From: Gemmatales bacterium
Lineage (GTDB): Bacteria > Planctomycetota > Planctomycetia > Gemmatales > Gemmataceae
DNA: 15,682 bases
Assembly: GCA_038217425.1 (NCBI GenBank)
Contig: JBBQPM010000165.1
Coordinates: 1 to 15,682, forward strand
Reading direction: 5' to 3'
The notes under the pieces are model-generated. The model was not told the DNA's origin, did no database searches, and worked only from the letters and a program-made list of their open reading frames with translations. Positions 1-6,810 of the stretch are shown piece by piece. Every line of letters begins with the position of its first letter. Position 1 is the stretch's first letter. The translations under genes and the position numbers were made by a program.

Positions 1-107
1 GCGGGCTTACGCCGCGCCGCTCGCCATGATGCCTCATTCTCACCCGCGTGCAGTATATATGAGTCGGCCCTTCAGGCCGAATGACATGAATTTTACGGAG
101 GAACACG

Positions 108-362
108 ATGACGCATGTGGAACGTGTCGAAGAATACATCATCAAGCTCATTCATCGCGAGCCGTTCTTTCCCTTCGTGATGGATATGGCAGACGGTTCG
201 ACGCTCGAGATTCCTCACGGAAGATTGGCTATCGCGGGCGGCGGAGCGGTATTCCTTAGCCCCGACGACGGCTTTGTGGATTTTCAGTTCAAGAATGTGC
301 GAAGGATCGCTCCGATCGTCCCAGTCCCCTTCGTGCCGATCGATTTCGGAGTTTCCAGATGA
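108..362 (+). CDS. small hypothetical protein (84 aa), translationally coupled to the downstream gene
   Basis: ATG at 108 follows GGAGG (97-101) at 6-nt spacing. Its TGA stop (360-362) overlaps the ATG at 359 of the next gene (ATGA junction). Composition is balanced, unlike the Arg-rich competing frame 26..259. I recognise no family. Confidence 0.55.
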   Translation: MTHVERVEEYIIKLIHREPFFPFVMDMADGSTLEIPHGRLAIAGGGAVFLSPDDGFVDFQFKNVRRIAPIVPVPFVPIDFGVSR

Positions 363-2878
363 CGACGTCCCGCGCGACTTGCTTTGGCGTTTGCGTTCTA
401 ACGCTTGTCGGGGCCGTGCGCGGAGACGCTCAGGACGGCAACGTGCCGCCTGGATTCCAGGAGCACATCCGCCCCTTCCTCGCCGCCCACTGCGTGAGCT
501 GTCACGGCGCCAAGAAACCCAAGGGCGATCTCCGCCTCGACAACCTCCCCGCCGACTTCGGCGACAAGAAGACTGCGGAGATCTGGGCCAACGTCTACGC
601 CCGATTGCGCGACGGCGAAATGCCCCCCAGGAAACAGCCGCAACCCAAGGCCGACGACGCCAAGAAAATCCTCAACTGGATCGCGGAGCAGACGAAGTCC
701 ACGACTCGGCCCTTGCTCAATCGCCGGCTCAATCGCTACGAGTTCGAGTACTCGCTGCGCGATTTGCTCGATCTCCCGGGGCTCGAAGTCAAGGAACTGC
801 TCCCGCGCGACGGCGAAAGCGAAGGCTTCGACACGGTCGGCGACGGTCTGGATATTTCCTACGTGCAGATGGCGCGTTTTCTGGAGGCGGCCGACCTGGC
901 GCTCGATCAGGCGGCGGCGACCGGGCTGGCGCCGATTCGGCCCGACACGCGCAAGATCCGTTTTTGGCCGCAGGACGCCGGCGATTGGGTCAATCGCATG
1001 GGGAGCGGTTCCACCATTCCGCTCGGCGATTCAGGCGCCCACCCGGTGCTCGATCGCGAGAAGGGCGTCGTCGCGCTCAAGGCCGCGGAGCTACGCAAGC
1101 TGCCGCGCTTCAAGGCCGTCGCCACGTTCTTTCACTCCGACTCGTCCGCCCAGCATCGCTTCTCGGGCGACGTCCGCATCCCTGTGGCCGGGCTCTACAA
1201 ACTCACGATTTCCGCCTACACGTTCGACTGGAACAAGGGCCAGGTCGAACCCGCGAAACTCGCCCGGCCCTACTCCATCAGCACCGACACGCGCGTGCTC
1301 GGCTACTTCGACGCGCCCCCCAACGAAGCGGGCCTCAGCACCGTGACGGTCTGGCTGGAGCCGACCGACAGCATCCACTTCAACGCCGTCAATCTGCGGC
1401 ACGGCCATGGCCTGGCCAAGGGGGCGATGAGTTACGCGGGGCCCGCCATTGCCGTCGAATGGGTCGAAGCCGAGGGACCGATCCTCAAGACCTGGCCCAC
1501 GCTCGCGCGCACCCGGCTCTTCGGCGATCTCCCCCTCGCCGAATGGCAGGCGAAGTCCAAGCTGCACAAGCCGTCCCGGCCCAAGGGAATCACGCACTAT
1601 TTTACCCCGACCTCGACCGACCCCATGGTCGACGCCGAACGCTTGATTAAGGAATTCACTTACCGCGCCTGCCGTCGGCCGCTCACCAAGGAACGCGTCG
1701 AGCCGTTCCTCAAACTCGTGAAGGCCCGGCTCGATCAGCAATCGTCCTTCGAGGACGCCATGCGCACTGCGTACAAGGCCGTGCTCGTCTCGCCCCACTT
1801 CCTCTTCCTGCGCAGCGAGCCGGGCAAGATCGATCACTTCGCGGTGGGGAGCCGACTTTCGTATTTCCTGTGGAGTTCGCTCCCCGACGACGACCTGCTC
1901 AACCGTACCAACACCAGGCAAATCCTTCAGCCGGCGATGATGAAGACGCAGACCGATCGGCTCCTGGACGATCCCAAGTTCGAACGCTTCCTCGACAGTT
2001 TCCTGGGCCAATGGCTCAAGCTCCGCGAGATCGGCAGCAATCAGCCCGATCGCCAACTCTATCCCGAGAGCGAACTCGAGTCGGACATCAGCCATTATCT
2101 TTTCGACTCGATGGCCAACGAAACCCGGCAATTCTTCGCGAACATGATCAAGAAGGATCTGAGCGTCACGCATCTCGTCGACTCGGATTTCGCGTTCGTC
2201 AACGAACCGCTGGCGAAGCTCTACGGTCTCAAGGACGTGTACGGGTCGGCGTTGCGCGAAGTGCCGCTCCCCGCGAACGGCGAACGCGGCGGCATCGTGA
2301 CCCAGGCGAGCGTGCTGAAGGTCTCCGCGAACGGCACGACGACCTCGCCGGTCGTGCGCGGCGTGTTCGTGACGAGCCGGCTGCTGGGCCGACCGATCCC
2401 GCCGCCGCCTCCGAACATCACCGGCATCGACCCCGACGTTCGCGGCGCCACCACCATTCGCGAGCAGCTCGCCAAGCATCGCGACAACGCGTCGTGCTTC
2501 GCGTGCCACGCCAAGATGGACCCGCCTGGCTTCGCGCTGGAGAGCTTCGACGTGCTGGGCCGATTCCGCGAACGCTATCGATTTCTGGACAACGGCCGAA
2601 TGAATCCCAAGGGCCCGCTTGTGGATTCCAGCGGCGAAACCGAGGATGGGCAGAAGTATCAGAGCATCGCCGAGTTCCGCAAGATCGTGCTCGCCGACCC
2701 GGCGCCCCTCGCGCGCAATCTCGTCACCAAGCTGATGGTCTACGCGATCGGCGCTCCGCTCACCCCGGCCGATCGGCTCGAGGTCGACGCCATCGTCGAA
2801 CGCCTGCGCGCCAAGAATTTCGGCGTCCGTTCGATGATTCACGAGGTGGTGCAGAGCAAGGCGTTCCGTCAGGAATGA
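359..2878 (+). CDS. secreted planctomycete-type haem-binding multidomain protein (PSCyt + DUF1587/DUF1595/DUF1592/DUF1588/DUF1585 architecture)
   Basis: 839 aa. The N-terminus looks like a signal peptide (MTTSRATCFGVCVLTLVGAVRGDA). CxxCH motifs are CVSCH at nt 491-505 and CFACH at nt 2495-2509. Family-typical strings include LNRYEFEYSLRDLL, YFLWSS.PDDDLL, FL.QWL.L, TSPV.RG.F and C.ACH...DP.GFALE.FD..G..R. Domain names come from recollection of the Pfam families first defined in Rhodopirellula. Confidence 0.9.
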   Translation: MTTSRATCFGVCVLTLVGAVRGDAQDGNVPPGFQEHIRPFLAAHCVSCHGAKKPKGDLRLDNLPADFGDKKTAEIWANVYARLRDGEMPPRKQPQPKADDAKKILNWIAEQTKSTTRPLLNRRLNRYEFEYSLRDLLDLPGLEVKELLPRDGESEGFDTVGDGLDISYVQMARFLEAADLALDQAAATGLAPIRPDTRKIRFWPQDAGDWVNRMGSGSTIPLGDSGAHPVLDREKGVVALKAAELRKLPRFKAVATFFHSDSSAQHRFSGDVRIPVAGLYKLTISAYTFDWNKGQVEPAKLARPYSISTDTRVLGYFDAPPNEAGLSTVTVWLEPTDSIHFNAVNLRHGHGLAKGAMSYAGPAIAVEWVEAEGPILKTWPTLARTRLFGDLPLAEWQAKSKLHKPSRPKGITHYFTPTSTDPMVDAERLIKEFTYRACRRPLTKERVEPFLKLVKARLDQQSSFEDAMRTAYKAVLVSPHFLFLRSEPGKIDHFAVGSRLSYFLWSSLPDDDLLNRTNTRQILQPAMMKTQTDRLLDDPKFERFLDSFLGQWLKLREIGSNQPDRQLYPESELESDISHYLFDSMANETRQFFANMIKKDLSVTHLVDSDFAFVNEPLAKLYGLKDVYGSALREVPLPANGERGGIVTQASVLKVSANGTTTSPVVRGVFVTSRLLGRPIPPPPPNITGIDPDVRGATTIREQLAKHRDNASCFACHAKMDPPGFALESFDVLGRFRERYRFLDNGRMNPKGPLVDSSGETEDGQKYQSIAEFRKIVLADPAPLARNLVTKLMVYAIGAPLTPADRLEVDAIVERLRAKNFGVRSMIHEVVQSKAFRQE

Positions 2879-2946
2879 CGACGTTCGCATCTTAACGAAA
2901 CCTTCGCGCGTTGCGTTCGCGTCCTTCATACGCCATCCGCATCATT

Positions 2947-4392
2947 ATGCAGATGACGTACGACGCGGACGTGATCGTGGCAGGCAGCGGCGCCGGGGGC
3001 GCGACCTTGGCGTACGCATGCGCCCGTGCCGGCAAGAGCGTGCTGCTCCTGGAACGGGGCGACCGCTATCCCCCGCCCGAATCGACCGCCGACGAGCAGA
3101 CGATGCTCATCGACAAGAAGCCGTACGACGATCGCCCTATCGACGTCAACGGCACGGCGCGTCGGCTGTACATGGGAGGCGTACTGGGGGGTGGCACCGC
3201 GCTCTTCGGCGCCGCCCTGATGCGGGCCCACCCCGACGACTTTCATCCCGGCAAACACTACGGCGACCGCCTGCCTCGCCACCTCTGGGATTGGCCCCTC
3301 ACCTACGAAGATCTTCGGGACGACTACGCCGACGCCGAACGTCTCTTCGCCGTCTCCGGCAGCGCCGCCTACGCTGGCGCCCTGCTTCCGCTTCATCCGC
3401 TGAACCAGCGTTTGATGTCGGCGAATCGCGAAGAGGGTCTTCAGCCGTTTCGCCTCCCCCTGGCGATCGACGCGAGCAAGTGCCTGGAGTGCCGAGCCTG
3501 CCCGGGGTTCGTGTGTCCGACCGGCGCCCGACGTTCGTCGGCGCAGCTTGTGGACGGGCCCAATCTGCCGGGCCTGCGCGTCCTCACCGGCATCGACGTC
3601 GAGCGGCTCGACCTTGCGGACGGCTTCCACGTCATCGAACGCGCCACGAGCCGGCGCACCGTATATCGTGCGCGCCGCTACGTGCTCGCCGCCGGCGCCA
3701 TCGGCTCGCCGCTACTGCTCTTGCGGTCGGGTCTGGAGCATCCGCAGCTCGGTCGCAACTACATGATGCATCTGTCGCCGATCGTCGTCGGGATTTTCGC
3801 CAGGCGCCTGGAGACTGACGCGGGATTCCTCAAGCAGGTCGGCTTCACCGATTACTATTTCGGCACCGGGACATATCCGCACAAGCTCGGCTTGGTGCAA
3901 TCGCTGCCGCTGCCGGGGCCGTTGATGCTCGCCAAGGCGCTCCCCTGGATGCCCAGCGCGGTGCGGGAGTTTCTGCGTCGGCGCATGTTGCCTCTCGTGG
4001 GGATCGTGGAAGATTTGCCGAATCCCGAGAATCGCGTGTCGTGGGGTGCGGACGGTAAGCCGGCGCTGCGGCATCGCTTCAGCCCGTACGATCTCGAGCG
4101 AGGCAAGCAACTCGCGGGGTTGACGGCCCAGATACTCAAACGCGCCGGCGCCTGGACGTGTGCGACGAGCAGCTTCGCCTCCAGCGAGCACGTCGCCCAT
4201 CAATGCGGCACGCTTCGCTTCGGCTCCGATCCGAAGCACGCCGTCCTGGACCGCGACTGCCGGCTGCATCAGCATCCGCACGTCTTCGCGGTCGACGGCA
4301 GCTTCCTGCCGACGTCGCTCGGCGTCGGGCCGGCGCTCACGATCATTGCCAACGCCCTGCGCGTCGCCCGCATTGTTGCGAGCGAAGTTTGA
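2947..4392 (+). CDS. GMC-family FAD-dependent oxidoreductase
   Basis: The N-terminal Rossmann motif DVIVAGSGAGGATLA...LLLERG lies right after ATG 2947. The track ORF starts at TTG 2911, and I prefer 2947 because of where the GxGxxG falls. The C-terminus carries a GMC signature (HQCGTLRFG..P...VLD...R.H....VFAVDGSFLPTS.GV.PALTI.A.A.R.A). A Cys cluster CLECRACPGFVCP sits at nt 3481-3516. Confidence 0.85.
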   Translation: MQMTYDADVIVAGSGAGGATLAYACARAGKSVLLLERGDRYPPPESTADEQTMLIDKKPYDDRPIDVNGTARRLYMGGVLGGGTALFGAALMRAHPDDFHPGKHYGDRLPRHLWDWPLTYEDLRDDYADAERLFAVSGSAAYAGALLPLHPLNQRLMSANREEGLQPFRLPLAIDASKCLECRACPGFVCPTGARRSSAQLVDGPNLPGLRVLTGIDVERLDLADGFHVIERATSRRTVYRARRYVLAAGAIGSPLLLLRSGLEHPQLGRNYMMHLSPIVVGIFARRLETDAGFLKQVGFTDYYFGTGTYPHKLGLVQSLPLPGPLMLAKALPWMPSAVREFLRRRMLPLVGIVEDLPNPENRVSWGADGKPALRHRFSPYDLERGKQLAGLTAQILKRAGAWTCATSSFASSEHVAHQCGTLRFGSDPKHAVLDRDCRLHQHPHVFAVDGSFLPTSLGVGPALTIIANALRVARIVASEV

Positions 4393-4405
4393 ATCCGGAG
4401 TCCGC

Positions 4406-5332
4406 ATGAGATTGCCCTTTCCGAAAGTTCGCCGAGAGCAGTTCCGCCAGGCCCGCCAGGTTCACGGCGGCTTCTGGAATTTCCTCGTCGCCATCCTCGG
4501 CGTCAAGCTCGCGCGGCTGCACATCCCGACCGGGAAGCTACGGACCTCGCTGTACCGCAAGATCTTTAACAAGAAATACCCTCCTGGCATCAACGAGGCC
4601 GAAACGGAACGGCCTCTCTCGGCGTATCCCTCGCTCAACGCCCTGTTCACGCGCGGCATCAAACCCGAGTGCCGGCCGATCGCGACCGGCACGCCGCAGT
4701 TTCTCTCGCCCTGCGACGGGACCGTTCAAGATCTCGGCCGACTCGACCGCGACAAGCTCCTCACGCTCAAGAGCATCGAATACACGCTCCCGTCGCTGCT
4801 CCCGGAGGTCGACACTCGGCCGTTCGAGAACGGGCACTACGCGATCGTCTTCTTGTCGCCGATCGATTGTCATCGCGTCTTCAGCCCGCAGGACGGCCGA
4901 CTCGAAGAGGTGATCCACATCCCCGGGTATCGGCTGCCGGTCCATCCCCCCTGTCAGCGTGCGGAGTTTCCGGTGTATTCGCTGAACGAGCGCATGATCT
5001 TGCGATTGTCGACGCCGCTGGGGCCTTGCCTGGTGGTGATGATCGCGGGCTGGGGCGTCGGGAACATCACGTTGCCCGGGGCGGCGGACTTCCGCCCGCG
5101 CCGTCGGGCGCTGTCCAAGAAGACCTGGTCGAAGCCGCTGGAGGTCCGCCGCGGCGACTGGATCGCGACGTTCGAACTCGGTTCCACGGCGGTGCTGATC
5201 ACGCCCCCCGGCGTCCACGTGCAAACGCTCGTCACCCCCAACCAGAAGGTCCAGTATGGCCAGCCTCTCTTTACTTACGCCGACCAGGGCGGAACCGATC
5301 GAGCAGCGCGTGCTGTTCCTCGATCGACTTGA
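4406..5332 (+). CDS. phosphatidylserine decarboxylase-like pyruvoyl-dependent decarboxylase proenzyme
   Basis: 308 aa from ATG 4406, with GGAG at 4397-4400 and only 13 nt after the GMC stop. PSD-family motifs are SPCDG, FLSPIDCHRVFSP, IPG, NER and the self-cleavage site FELGST (Ser codon 5183-5185). The upstream part of track ORF 4160..5332 is Arg/Ser-rich, overlaps the GMC gene, and I discount it. Confidence 0.85.
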   Translation: MRLPFPKVRREQFRQARQVHGGFWNFLVAILGVKLARLHIPTGKLRTSLYRKIFNKKYPPGINEAETERPLSAYPSLNALFTRGIKPECRPIATGTPQFLSPCDGTVQDLGRLDRDKLLTLKSIEYTLPSLLPEVDTRPFENGHYAIVFLSPIDCHRVFSPQDGRLEEVIHIPGYRLPVHPPCQRAEFPVYSLNERMILRLSTPLGPCLVVMIAGWGVGNITLPGAADFRPRRRALSKKTWSKPLEVRRGDWIATFELGSTAVLITPPGVHVQTLVTPNQKVQYGQPLFTYADQGGTDRAARAVPRST

Positions 5333-5345
5333 CCCGGCAGCGCCA

Positions 5346-6803
5346 ATGCGAGCCCGGTTCGTGGCGCTGGTCAGTTCCTTCTCCATTCACCTGGGCGATA
5401 CTGCCGCCGCCGAGGCGGAGCGGGTTGCGCGGGAGCGTCTGCGAACAACGGCCGACCGCGTCGTGGCGATTCGCGCGGGGAACTCCGAGACCGGGCTGCG
5501 CCGTTACGGATTCGCGTATCCGCTCGTGCCGGGCTATCTGCGCAGCTGCTTCGTCTCGGACGCCGAGCTGTTCGCGGCCATCGACAAGATTCGGCAGGCG
5601 CCGACAGCGCGGAAGTGCGTCGCCGTGCTCGGCGCCAATCGCCCCTGGCGCGACGCGCTTCGCGAACATCGGGCGCGTGGCATCGTGTCGGCGTGCCTCA
5701 CCGGCGTCTGCTTCGTGCTTTCGCTGCTGCTCTTGGGCCATCTCGCCGCCCTGGTGCTCCGCCTGCTCGCGCGCTGGCGGCCTGCCTTGCGGCGCTGGAA
5801 CGTCGATACCCTGACCCCCGGCTCCTTCGACGAATTGCTCACCCTGTGCAACCCGTACAACTTCCAGCACGTCAAGGTCGTCGGCTACAACAACGGCGTC
5901 GTCCACTTCGGGCATCGCTATCCCGGCAAGACCGTCGTCTCCACCGTCCGCTGCAATCGCGTCGTCCGCGCCGGCGTCGACGTCCTCAAGGCCGACTGCG
6001 GCGCCACGATTCGCAAGGCGACCGACTTCCTCGCCGCCGACGACCGCGAGCTCTTCGTCGTCCCAAATTACTCGTACGTCAGCCTGGGTACGGCGTTCTT
6101 CGTTCCCATTCATGGCTCCGCCTCGGATGCGTCGACCGTCGCCGAGACGATCGTCCGCGTGCTGCTCTACGATCCCGCCGACGACCGCTTCATTCTCGCT
6201 TCGAGCGATGAGCCGGCCTTCCGCGATCGGGTGTACGACCTCGCGAGCAACGTGCTCGTTCTGCGACTTTGGCTCCGCGTCAAGCCGAAGGCCCGCTACT
6301 TCCTGCAACAAGAGGACGCCCTGAATCCCGGCAGCGCCGAATTGCTGAGTGCGCTGCGCGACGTGCGGGCGACCAACGTCGAGATCCGCAAGGCCAGCGC
6401 CGCCTCGGCGACGGTGCGGATCGCGCGCTACTATCATGCGGCGGGTACCGGGACTTTGGAGATGCCGCGCGATGTGCTGGGACGGTTGTGGGATCGTCTC
6501 GAGGAGAACGCGATCACGTCGTACTTGATGCATCTGCTCACGCGGCGGCTCGCCTGGCATGTCGAGCTGTTTTTCACGGCCGAGGAGTTCGCGCTCTTTT
6601 GGCAGACGCACACGTCGGCGCCGCTCAAGAAGATCCAGCTTCGCTACATTCGCCGGGACGGCTGGCAGCATTCGCCGTTCCGCGATCATGACTGCATCTC
6701 GGCGGATCTGTTCCTGTTTCGCTGGCAGCGCGCGAAGTTCGAGGCGTACTTGAAGCAGACGTTCGGCGTCGTCCGTTCGAATCCGGGCAAGCACAGCAAC
6801 TAG
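5346..6803 (+). CDS. membrane-anchored FAD-binding PCMH-type oxidoreductase (VAO / sugar-1,4-lactone oxidase / DprE1-like)
   Basis: ATG 5346 lies 13 nt after the PSD-like stop. The alternative start at 5256 would overlap that gene by 77 nt. A hydrophobic helix (GIVSACLTGVCFVLSLLLLGHLAALVLRLLA, about nt 5679-5771) precedes a segment matching the FAD_binding_4 pattern (P.SF.EL......VKVVGYNNG....; ADCGATIRKATDFL; VSLGTAFFVPIHGS; LVLRLWLRVKP). The C-terminal ..NPGKH resembles the HWGK ending of ALO-type oxidases. The family call rests on motif recollection only. Confidence 0.6.
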   Translation: MRARFVALVSSFSIHLGDTAAAEAERVARERLRTTADRVVAIRAGNSETGLRRYGFAYPLVPGYLRSCFVSDAELFAAIDKIRQAPTARKCVAVLGANRPWRDALREHRARGIVSACLTGVCFVLSLLLLGHLAALVLRLLARWRPALRRWNVDTLTPGSFDELLTLCNPYNFQHVKVVGYNNGVVHFGHRYPGKTVVSTVRCNRVVRAGVDVLKADCGATIRKATDFLAADDRELFVVPNYSYVSLGTAFFVPIHGSASDASTVAETIVRVLLYDPADDRFILASSDEPAFRDRVYDLASNVLVLRLWLRVKPKARYFLQQEDALNPGSAELLSALRDVRATNVEIRKASAASATVRIARYYHAAGTGTLEMPRDVLGRLWDRLEENAITSYLMHLLTRRLAWHVELFFTAEEFALFWQTHTSAPLKKIQLRYIRRDGWQHSPFRDHDCISADLFLFRWQRAKFEAYLKQTFGVVRSNPGKHSN

Positions 6804-6810
6804 GAGAGCC

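Noticed and set aside
40-107. AT-rich GTATATATGAG segment as the promoter of the 108..362 / 359..2878 pair
   Set aside because: I found no acceptable -35 hexamer at 16-19 nt spacing and no TG extension. It is possible but not supportable from the sequence alone.
274-1650. 458-aa plus-strand ORF overlapping the PSCyt-type gene
   Set aside because: It has extreme Arg/Pro/Ala/Gly content and no motifs. It is an off-frame shadow of the well-supported 359..2878 gene in high-GC DNA. The same applies to 1870..2895 and 1449..1646.
1091-2929. 612-aa minus-strand ORF antisense to 359..2878
   Set aside because: This is an antisense shadow ORF. Its composition is dominated by R/A/G/E/V, which is typical of the complement of GC3-rich codons. 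It has no start context or domain signature.
4160-4405. N-terminal 82-aa extension of the PSD-like track ORF
   Set aside because: It overlaps the end of the GMC gene and is Arg/Ser/Ala-rich. The PSD-family similarity begins only after ATG 4406, which has its own GGAG site.
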